Shown here: positions 56,571 to 64,000 of the stretch, in pieces
Layout: each line of letters starts with the position of its first letter
Position numbering within the stretch: position 1 is the stretch's first letter
From: an uncultured Gammaproteobacteria bacterium
Lineage (GTDB): Bacteria > Patescibacteriota > Microgenomatia > UBA8517
Assembly (NCBI GenBank): GCA_964635715.1
Contig: CAZWNZ010000002.1
Location: forward strand, 104,009 to 168,008
Direction of reading: 5' to 3'
DNA: 64,000 bases
Program-made: the position numbers and the translations under genes
Notes under the pieces: generated by a model
Seen by the model: only the letters and a program-made list of their open reading frames with translations
The model's database searches: none
What the model was told of the DNA's origin: nothing

Positions 56571-57725
56571 TTACAGAAGATCTACTCTTTTATCCTCTTT
56601 TAATTTTTCCACTATTTTTTTAACCGATTGGGCGTGGCTTTTTGAACAAACAAGAAGAGCTTTTTTTGTATCAACAATGACTACATTATCGACATCAACT
56701 ACCGCTATTAATTTCCCGTCAGTATGAATAAGCGCATCTGTTGTATCAATATTTATTACTTCGCCCCCTTTTTCCTCACCGGTAATTATTACATTTCCGT
56801 CGGTGTCCTTAGGTAAATTTTTCCAAACTTCATTCCAATCTCCAATATCAGTCCACGAATAATCAGCTATTATCATATAAAAGTTATCGGTTTTCTCTGA
56901 AATGGCATAATCGACTGAAATTTTCTCAAACTTCTTATATTCTCTTGTTATTACCTCTTTTTCATCAGGCTTCCCTAGATGTTCCTGGATAACTTTTATT
57001 CCCTCCGACAATATGTGTGCATGAATACCAACTTCCTTCAAAAATGTATCCGCTCTCCAAACATAATGATTGGCATTCCAGAAATAATCTCCGGACTCCG
57101 TATATTTCTTGGCCAATTCAAGCGGCGGCTTTTCTACATGAGCATCTCTTTTAAAAACATATCTGCCTTCCGAAGACGCCACTTTTTTACCTTTCTTTAA
57201 ATGACCAAGGCCTGTATGAGGATATAAAGGCCTAATTCCTATGGCCATCAAGCAGTTATTTTCGAACGAAAACTTACTGGCCGCCAGCATAGTCCTTTCA
57301 TAATTAAGTTGGGGTGTAACAAAATGGTCGGATGCGGCATTAATAATTACGGCCTGAGGGTCCTTATTCAAAATATAAGCCGCTCCTAAAGCATGAGCCG
57401 CAGCGCTATCCTTCCTTTCCGGTTCTACAATAACATTTTCAACAGGTACTTTTGGCAAAAGTTTTTTTATCTCGTCTCCATAGGCTTTAGTTGTCGTTAC
57501 TACAAATATCTTTTCCCACGGGAGCATTTTATTTAACCTTTCTCCTGTTATTTCAATAAGAGTCCTGCCGTTGAATATTTTAAGAAACTGTTTTGGAGTT
57601 TTATTTAAAGATTTTGGCCATAACCTTGTACCTCCGCCCCCGGCCAGAATCAATGCATATAAATGTTTTTTATAATCTTCCCCTTTCATTTTTTGTATTT
57701 TAGACAAAAATCCAGGAATTTTCAC
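56571..57725 (-). CDS. sugar-1-phosphate nucleotidyltransferase (mannose-1-phosphate guanylyltransferase-like, no cupin/PMI domain)
   Basis: LILAGGGGTRLWPKSLNKTPKQF G-loop typical of ManC/GDP-mannose pyrophosphorylases. Confidence 0.6.
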   Translation of the reverse strand: MKIPGFLSKIQKMKGEDYKKHLYALILAGGGGTRLWPKSLNKTPKQFLKIFNGRTLIEITGERLNKMLPWEKIFVVTTTKAYGDEIKKLLPKVPVENVIVEPERKDSAAAHALGAAYILNKDPQAVIINAASDHFVTPQLNYERTMLAASKFSFENNCLMAIGIRPLYPHTGLGHLKKGKKVASSEGRYVFKRDAHVEKPPLELAKKYTESGDYFWNANHYVWRADTFLKEVGIHAHILSEGIKVIQEHLGKPDEKEVITREYKKFEKISVDYAISEKTDNFYMIIADYSWTDIGDWNEVWKNLPKDTDGNVIITGEEKGGEVINIDTTDALIHTDGKLIAVVDVDNVVIVDTKKALLVCSKSHAQSVKKIVEKLKEDKRVDLL

Positions 57726-57731
57726 TAGCTA

Positions 57732-58829
57732 CTAGTGTAGCACCTTTTTGGTTAAATCAAGCAATTCTTTTTGAAACACTTTTTTTGAAAACCTTCTTGC
57801 ATTCGTCACGCATATATTATTTTTCTTGTCCCAATGATTCAAATCATTAAACTGCCTAATCGTTTTTTCTAAAGATGTGGGCGTTTGTTTGTCAAAAAAT
57901 ATACCGGTTTTGTCCGGAATTACTGTATCCAACGCCCCACCTTTTTTAAAAGCAATCACAGGAACTCCACGGGCTTGGGCCTCCACAGCCACAATTCCAA
58001 AATCCTCTTCTTGTGGCATAATTAGTGCCTTTGCGCTTTTGTAGTACTCATTAAGCCTTTCTTCACCCACCCTCCCCGCAAAAATAATATTTTTTCCGGC
58101 TATTTTTTTAAGTTTTGACTCTTCCCTACCTGTTCCAACAATCACCAGTGGATAATTTAATTTATTGAATGCTTTTATTGCCAAATCAACTTTTTTATAA
58201 CCATAATCCAATCTCGAAACTAAAAGATAATAATTTTTTGATTGATAATTGATGATTGATGATTGGCGATTAACTACGTCAACGGGTGGAAAAATTATTA
58301 CAGAATCCCTGCCGTAATACTTTTTAATTCGTTTTTGAACTTCCGTAGAAATTGCAACCATGAAGTCAGGTCTTCGGGATGCTTTTTTATCTAGCCACCG
58401 AAGAAAACTAACAATAGGCCAACTGACAACTTTAAAGGCCGGACCTTTAAAGTATTGGTCATACCCGCTCCAAAGATATCTTGTAGACGTTAAACAATAG
58501 CAAATGTGTTTTGTTTTTCCTTCTGTTTTAATATTTTTGGCAAACTCTGAAGTAATAGATATAACCAAATCGTATTTTGAAAAATCAAAACTCGAAAAAG
58601 CCAGGGGCATAAGAAGAGCCAAAAATTCATGGTTGGACCTTAAAATTGGGATTCTTTGTAAAAACGATGTGTAAACTTTCGGAAATGCTTTTGCCCAAGG
58701 AGCTTTAGCAGGATCGTATACTGAGGTGTAAAGAGGAGCCCGCGGGTATATTTCGTGCAATGCGAGAAGAACGCGTTCCGCTCCTCCCCATTTATTTACC
58801 CGATCGTATACTATTGCAACCTTTTTCAT
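57732..58829 (-). CDS. GT4-family glycosyltransferase
   Basis: EDFGIVAVEAQARGVPVIAFKKGGALDTV E-x7-E region. Confidence 0.75.
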   Translation of the reverse strand: MKKVAIVYDRVNKWGGAERVLLALHEIYPRAPLYTSVYDPAKAPWAKAFPKVYTSFLQRIPILRSNHEFLALLMPLAFSSFDFSKYDLVISITSEFAKNIKTEGKTKHICYCLTSTRYLWSGYDQYFKGPAFKVVSWPIVSFLRWLDKKASRRPDFMVAISTEVQKRIKKYYGRDSVIIFPPVDVVNRQSSIINYQSKNYYLLVSRLDYGYKKVDLAIKAFNKLNYPLVIVGTGREESKLKKIAGKNIIFAGRVGEERLNEYYKSAKALIMPQEEDFGIVAVEAQARGVPVIAFKKGGALDTVIPDKTGIFFDKQTPTSLEKTIRQFNDLNHWDKKNNICVTNARRFSKKVFQKELLDLTKKVLH

Positions 58830-59916
58830 AAATTTTCAAAGTTTCTTTGGCCATTTTATCCCAAGAATAAATTTTTACAAATTCTTTGGCATCTTTTATT
58901 CTTTTTTCTCTTTCATTTTTATCCATCTCCAAAGCAGTTTTCAACGACTTAGCAATAGCCTCCGGATCTTTAGGATCAAAATATAAAGCGTTATTCTTAT
59001 AAACTTCCTTCAAGACAGGAATGTTGGAAGCCAAAACCAAAGTGCCTACATCCATCGCTTCAAGCCCGGGAAGTCCGAATCCTTCGGAAAGCGTAGGAAA
59101 AACAAAAGCAGTTGAGCCAAGAAGCAAACCGCCAAGCTTTTTATCCGGCACAAAACCCAATAATTTAATAAAATTCTGTGCTTTTTCTTTTTCAATCAAC
59201 TTATTTATTCTTTGAGTAAAAATATTCCTCGCACCCGAAATTGCCAGAACCGTCTTTTGATCATATTTTGTATTCAATATTTTTATCGCTTTTACTAAAT
59301 TGCCTAGATTTTTATGAGGGTATGCATTACCTATGAATGAAAAATATGGTTTTTTAATATCAATTTCCTTACTAACGGATATATTTGAATCAAAACCTTC
59401 ATAAGTAACAACTACTTTTTGAGGATCAATATTGTACTCATAAACAATTTGATCCCTGACTGCACAACTGGGTGTAATAACCCTTATTGACCCTTTTATT
59501 GCATGCCTAAACACAGCTTTATAACCAATCCTCTTGATGAAGTATTTAATCGGCGGAAGTGTTGTTGCAGAAAGTCCGACACTTCTATGCATAAGCATGT
59601 CGTGAATTGTAACTATATATTTACCCCTAAAGAAAACCGGAACGTTAAAATGAGGAAAGTGCACCAAGTCAGGGTTTTCTTTCTTAATAATGCCGGGTAG
59701 TTTAAACTGTTCCACAAAACTGTAATGTCCAAAATCAGCTTCAATTTTTTTCCAATTTTCCGGAAGTTTCAATGAGTCGTAGTATTTTTTGCGAAGTAAT
59801 ATTGAGTATTGATTCTCTTTATCTATTTTTGTTAAACCGTCAATCAAATTCATTACATATCGTCCCAAACCGGTATTTTCCAATCCGTAGAGGCGGCCAT
59901 CCAGTAGTATTTTCAT
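58792..59916 (-). CDS. GT4-family glycosyltransferase
   Basis: EGFGLPGLEAMDVGTLVLASNIPVLKEV motif. Confidence 0.75.
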   Translation of the reverse strand: MKILLDGRLYGLENTGLGRYVMNLIDGLTKIDKENQYSILLRKKYYDSLKLPENWKKIEADFGHYSFVEQFKLPGIIKKENPDLVHFPHFNVPVFFRGKYIVTIHDMLMHRSVGLSATTLPPIKYFIKRIGYKAVFRHAIKGSIRVITPSCAVRDQIVYEYNIDPQKVVVTYEGFDSNISVSKEIDIKKPYFSFIGNAYPHKNLGNLVKAIKILNTKYDQKTVLAISGARNIFTQRINKLIEKEKAQNFIKLLGFVPDKKLGGLLLGSTAFVFPTLSEGFGLPGLEAMDVGTLVLASNIPVLKEVYKNNALYFDPKDPEAIAKSLKTALEMDKNEREKRIKDAKEFVKIYSWDKMAKETLKIYEKGCNSIRSGK

Positions 59917-59922
59917 TAAAGA

Positions 59923-60804
59923 TTAATACGAAGAAAGAAACACAACTCTAATGTATCTGACTATTTTGAACATGTTTATTCCAAAAACCACGAAATAATC
60001 AAACCAGATAGGATACTTTTTCCAAAGATTTTTTCTGAAAAATCTTTCCATTGAAGCTACTCCCGCCAAACGGATTTTCTTCCTTTGTTGGGGTGAAACT
60101 TTATGCCTCCATTTTGATACCTTACCTTTGGTAACACCTTTAAGGTGAGTTACCGTTGTTTCCGGATAGTAAATAAGTTTGTACCCTGCTTTATTTACTT
60201 GATAACAAAGATCCACATCTTCTCCGTCAAAAAAGTACCCTTCATCAAACCACCCAACTTTGTCCAAAATCTTTTTCCACGTTAGGAAAAATGCACCTTG
60301 GATGGCCTCAACTTCGTGAGTGGCGCTCTCAGGTATTTCTTCATAATAATATTCTTTAGTTATTCCAAGTGCTAAACGGTTAAAAGAAATTCTGGGGGTG
60401 GGAAAACGACGTCTGATGTCTTTATCCATTTGACCGTTAGCCAAAACCAATTTGCATGTAAGTGCTCCAACATCCGAATGCTCTTTTAAATATCTTACTG
60501 TTTTAAAGAAAACGTCCTTATGAACTACTGTGTCGGGATTAAGAAATAAAACCATACTGCCTTCAACTAAGGGTCTGGCACGATTATTTCCTTTTGAAAA
60601 ACCTTCGTTCGGTCCTTCAATATATTTCACCCAGGGAAACTTTTTCTTTATCATTTCGGGGCTGCCGTCAGTAGAAGAATTGTCGGAAACAATTACTTCC
60701 ATCGATACCTCGTCCATATGTGCTTTAACCGAGTTGAGGCAATCCTCCAGAAGTTCTTTTGTGTTGTAATTTAAAATTATTACTGAAAGTTCAGGTTTTT
60801 TCAT
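59923..60804 (-). CDS. GT2-family glycosyltransferase
   Basis: LSVIILNYNTKELLEDCLNS...VIVSDNSSTDGS... GT-A N-terminus. Confidence 0.75.
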   Translation of the reverse strand: MKKPELSVIILNYNTKELLEDCLNSVKAHMDEVSMEVIVSDNSSTDGSPEMIKKKFPWVKYIEGPNEGFSKGNNRARPLVEGSMVLFLNPDTVVHKDVFFKTVRYLKEHSDVGALTCKLVLANGQMDKDIRRRFPTPRISFNRLALGITKEYYYEEIPESATHEVEAIQGAFFLTWKKILDKVGWFDEGYFFDGEDVDLCYQVNKAGYKLIYYPETTVTHLKGVTKGKVSKWRHKVSPQQRKKIRLAGVASMERFFRKNLWKKYPIWFDYFVVFGINMFKIVRYIRVVFLSSY

Positions 60805-62000
60805 TTCTTCGCGTTTGTAACATAAATCTTATTCAGACACTCTCCCATTTTATACCAACTAAATTTTTCCTCAACTAGTTTTCTCGCATTTGACGCAATT
60901 CTCTTAGCCATCTTATCATCTTTCAATATACATAGTGTTGCATCAATTATCGTAGAAATACTATTTCTAATAAGAACATCTTTTTCGTCTGTGGCGCTTA
61001 GGCCTTCCGCCCCAACGGAAGTGGTTACAAGAGGCAGTTTTGCTGCCATGGCGGCCAAGTGCTTTAACCTTGTTCCACCCGGACCCCTGAGAGGAGAAAC
61101 AAAGACCGAGGATCGATAATAAGCATTCCTTATACCATCTTGATCATCCTCACGTAAATTGTCGATAATTATCCCATCGGATTTGAAAGAAAGAATGTTT
61201 TCCGGAATGTGTTGTCCTACAATCCAGATTTTGACTTTGGGATTTATATTTCTTACGGCAGGGTAAACTTCCTTCAATAAAAGTTCTGCAGCTTCAACAT
61301 TTTGTAGCCATTTGAAATTCGCTATAAAAAGAATCTTGGGACTTTTTGATTTCCATGACTCTTTCTGTTTGAAAAAATCCAAATTAACACCATTGGGAAC
61401 CAGATCAACTTTCAACCCAGGAACCAGCTTTAGCATTTCTTTTTTATCCGATTCCGAAACGGCAACTACCCCATCTGCTTTCTTCCAAAATCTTGTTTCC
61501 CAAAATTTAAGTTTCGCCACATCTATTGATAAAATCCATCTCAAAAACGGATTTTTAATTCCCTCCACATAATGTTTATAAACTAAATATTCTATTGTCT
61601 GCTCAACCAGAAGAATGGGAATTTTTGTTTCCGGAATGTGAGGCATGACATAAAAGGTTTCCGCATGTATCAGATCATAATGAACATTTTTAATCTCTTC
61701 CTCTACTGCTTTCTTTTGCTGGGGAGAAAGGTTCCTAATAACCAAAAACGGGTATGGTCCAAATCCTGTCAGAAAAATATTTCTTAGTGTCCAAGGGGAC
61801 TTTGAACGTCTAAACACTCTTACTTTGCTGCAATATTTTTCAAGTTCGGGGATAAATCTTTTTTCTGAGTCGTCTTTGATCAATGAAAATAAAGTAATCT
61901 CATGCTTTTTGCTCAAACTTTTTATGAGGTTATAGGAGCGGATTTGCCCACCGGATGAATCCGGAAAAGGCAAGTATGGAGTCAGCATTAGTATCTTCAT
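60801..62000 (-). CDS. GT4-family glycosyltransferase
   Basis: GT-B C-terminal region ...FVSPLRGPGGTRLKHLAAMAAKLPLVTTSVGAEGL... Confidence 0.7.
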   Translation of the reverse strand: MKILMLTPYLPFPDSSGGQIRSYNLIKSLSKKHEITLFSLIKDDSEKRFIPELEKYCSKVRVFRRSKSPWTLRNIFLTGFGPYPFLVIRNLSPQQKKAVEEEIKNVHYDLIHAETFYVMPHIPETKIPILLVEQTIEYLVYKHYVEGIKNPFLRWILSIDVAKLKFWETRFWKKADGVVAVSESDKKEMLKLVPGLKVDLVPNGVNLDFFKQKESWKSKSPKILFIANFKWLQNVEAAELLLKEVYPAVRNINPKVKIWIVGQHIPENILSFKSDGIIIDNLREDDQDGIRNAYYRSSVFVSPLRGPGGTRLKHLAAMAAKLPLVTTSVGAEGLSATDEKDVLIRNSISTIIDATLCILKDDKMAKRIASNARKLVEEKFSWYKMGECLNKIYVTNAKK

Positions 62001-63463
62001 AATTCAGAATGCAAATCAATAATGAGATATCTGTCAGTTTTCTCAATAGTTTTAAATCTTCCCTCAATCATTTTTGTATCTTTGCTTCCCAAGTCTACCG
62101 AAACATAATAGTCAGCGCCTCGACTGATTATATTATCTATCGAATCATCAATTGCCGGCCACCCCCAACGTTTTGTTTGATACAAAAAAGCAGTGTCTCC
62201 ATTGTATGGAATAACTATCAAGGCGTCTTTTGGTGTAATTTCATCAATTCTTTTACCTATCTCAATCAATTCCGGATGGTTGACTGCATAATTTCCTTTT
62301 ATTTGATTCCAACCCGTAATCAACATTACTCCGATAGAAATTATTAATATAATTCTTGAGGTAAGTTTATTGAAAATTTGATTATTCCAAAGGTAATAAG
62401 AACCGGAAGCCAGCGCCAAAGAAAGAGATGGAATGATAAGTATTTGATAATAGTCATGCATCACATTAGCGTTTGCTACAAAAATAACATAGAAAAAAGA
62501 GCCGCCCAGAAAAGTTTGAATAAATAGATTCTTTGTTTTTGTATTTAAAACTCCAAAGATAAAAGGTATCAAACCAAGAGATCCAAGAATAATATGCCCC
62601 AATCTTTCTCCAAAAATCCAATACCACCACGAAGGTCTAAATCTGATGAGATTTCCGTTGAAAGCCCATTTATAAAAAGGGATTCCGGCCGGGTAGTTTG
62701 CTTCCCACACTCTCCAGATAAAAAGTGGGGCAAAACAGATTAATAAGTAAAGCAAAGTACCGACTATTAAATGTTTATCTTTAAAAAAGTTTTTGATCCC
62801 ATACTTTTTTACAGCCAAATAAATAATCGGTAAGAGATAAACCCCTAAATACGGTTTAATCAGAAGTGCTGCTGCAAAAAATATTGCAGAGACCAAAATC
62901 AGTATTTTCTTACCGCTATAAAAAAATTCAAGAAATGCCCAGAGAGAAATTACCCCAAACATTACCCCCATCGGATCCGGAAGTATCACCCTGGTAAAGT
63001 AAATATTAAAAGGAATTAAAAGATAAAAAAACGCACTTAAAATCCCTGTCCATTTGCCGATAATTTTTTTGCCAATCAAATAAAGAAAAAGAGCAGTTGT
63101 AACTGCGCAAGCTATCGTAATTAGCCTTGCCCACACTTCAAGAGAAAGAAAAGGAAACGTTTGAAACAGTAGGGCATTTAAGGCATTATAAAAAGGGAAT
63201 TCAACCATTCTGTAGCCTTCCGGATTATCAATTCCAGATTGGATACTGGAAACATCGTGATATCTTGGAACCAATAAATTAATTCCTTCATCTACATAGA
63301 TTTTACTAACTGAAGCTGTATCGGCTTGGCGCCAGGAATGCCAATCAGCAATTGGGTTATTAATTTTATACAAACGTACTAAGACACCTAAAATAAGCAC
63401 AATTGTTAACAAAACATACTCAAAATATTTACTTTTTATAAAATGTATAAATTTATTCTTCAT
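61997..63463 (-). CDS. GT-C fold (GT39/GT83, ArnT/PMT-like) membrane glycosyltransferase
   Basis: DWHSWRQADTA motif in the first extracytoplasmic loop (a hallmark of ArnT/PMT-type enzymes), about 11 TM segments, C-terminal soluble domain. Confidence 0.55.
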   Translation of the reverse strand: MKNKFIHFIKSKYFEYVLLTIVLILGVLVRLYKINNPIADWHSWRQADTASVSKIYVDEGINLLVPRYHDVSSIQSGIDNPEGYRMVEFPFYNALNALLFQTFPFLSLEVWARLITIACAVTTALFLYLIGKKIIGKWTGILSAFFYLLIPFNIYFTRVILPDPMGVMFGVISLWAFLEFFYSGKKILILVSAIFFAAALLIKPYLGVYLLPIIYLAVKKYGIKNFFKDKHLIVGTLLYLLICFAPLFIWRVWEANYPAGIPFYKWAFNGNLIRFRPSWWYWIFGERLGHIILGSLGLIPFIFGVLNTKTKNLFIQTFLGGSFFYVIFVANANVMHDYYQILIIPSLSLALASGSYYLWNNQIFNKLTSRIILIISIGVMLITGWNQIKGNYAVNHPELIEIGKRIDEITPKDALIVIPYNGDTAFLYQTKRWGWPAIDDSIDNIISRGADYYVSVDLGSKDTKMIEGRFKTIEKTDRYLIIDLHSEL

Positions 63464-64000
63464 TTAATTTAGACTTGACCAAACTCACGGCACAACCCAA
63501 TATTAGCCAGAAAATAATTGCCAACTTTGATGCTTCAAATATATCAATAAGAATTGCCGTAGCAAAAGTCCCTGCGACTCCTCCAAACACTCCATAAAGA
63601 AAACTTTTTTCAAACTTGCTAAGTTTATCCTTTATTGAAAAAGTTTTAATAAGAATTTTACCTATGCTTAAAAATACAAGAACAAAGGCTGACAGTCCCA
63701 AAATACCCGTTTCTCCAAGCATTCTTAGATAATCGTTATCGGTTGCCAAATCGATAGATGAATAACCGGTTCCCAAAATTGGGTTCTTATAAAAAGCACG
63801 AATAGCTCTTGGCCATTCTACATTAAGTCTTATAGAAACTGAAACATCATTAACTATCGGTGCGGGTGTGGAAGTGGGCAGGGGCGTTGCACTGGGAATG
63901 GTAGTTGAATCAGCTGCCAAAACTGATAATCCTGCAACATAGCCAAATTCAGCACCTGTTGTTATATGCCTGTAAAAAACATTTATTGCCCTGGAAAATC
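63453..64000 (-). CDS. 5'-truncated O-antigen ligase/polymerase-like protein (C-terminal part; gene runs off the window end)
   Basis: The frame is open to nt 64000, and the ORF-track start at 63920 is only the first TTG in an open frame. ...NDYLRMLGETGILGLSAFVLVF... is typical of the Wzy_C C-terminal region; a Pro/Thr-rich linker (TTIPSATPLPTSTPAP) precedes it. Confidence 0.5.
   Translation of the reverse strand, partial: FSRAINVFYRHITTGAEFGYVAGLSVLAADSTTIPSATPLPTSTPAPIVNDVSVSIRLNVEWPRAIRAFYKNPILGTGYSSIDLATDNDYLRMLGETGILGLSAFVLVFLSIGKILIKTFSIKDKLSKFEKSFLYGVFGGVAGTFATAILIDIFEASKLAIIFWLILGCAVSLVKSKLNEE

Noticed and set aside
58241-58270. Short tandem 'tgattga' repeat
   Set aside because: It lies inside a GT4 coding sequence and simply encodes a low-complexity loop. 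It is too short and imperfect to be a meaningful repeat element.

Overview
This 64-kb window is low-GC, compact and almost entirely minus-strand coded. It looks like a small-genome bacterium, possibly Patescibacteria/CPR-like; that is inference from gene content and style only. The core (13.4-45.5 kb) holds rpmA/rplU, ileS, a rodA-type SEDS gene and a complete, collinear division/cell-wall (dcw) cluster: mraZ-rsmH-ftsL-ftsI-murA-yvcK-murE-murC-murB-murD-(Nudix)-(DegT-like)-murI-ddl-murF-mraY-ftsW-murG-ftsQ-ftsA-ftsZ. Both window edges carry Wzx/Wzy-type glycan clusters, each ending in an O-antigen-ligase/polymerase-like gene next to a GT-C (ArnT/PMT-like) membrane glycosyltransferase, with GT2/GT4 genes, a flippase, a sugar transferase and a nucleotidyltransferase. 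One tRNA-Val(CAC) is present; no rRNA, no CRISPR array and no obvious mobile element were found. Most noteworthy are: (i) MurE fused to a GlmU-type GlcNAc-1-P uridylyltransferase domain; (ii) a DegT-like PLP enzyme and a Nudix hydrolase inside the mur cluster; (iii) a secreted Kelch-propeller/LCAT-like lipase fusion; (iv) an unknown 308-aa ORF inserted divergently between rplU and rpmA; (v) a recurring 19-20-nt motif TCCTTCGA-N4-5-CTCAGGA in four intergenic regions (mraZ, cupin, exonuclease and DUF3175 genes), suggesting a shared operator; (vi) a sigma70-like mraZ promoter followed by three 10-bp-phased direct repeats (candidate MraZ box); (vii) several sigma70-like promoters sitting almost directly on start codons (leaderless style). 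All protein calls rest on motif recognition by eye. Coordinates of short hand-mapped motifs may be off by 1-2 nt.
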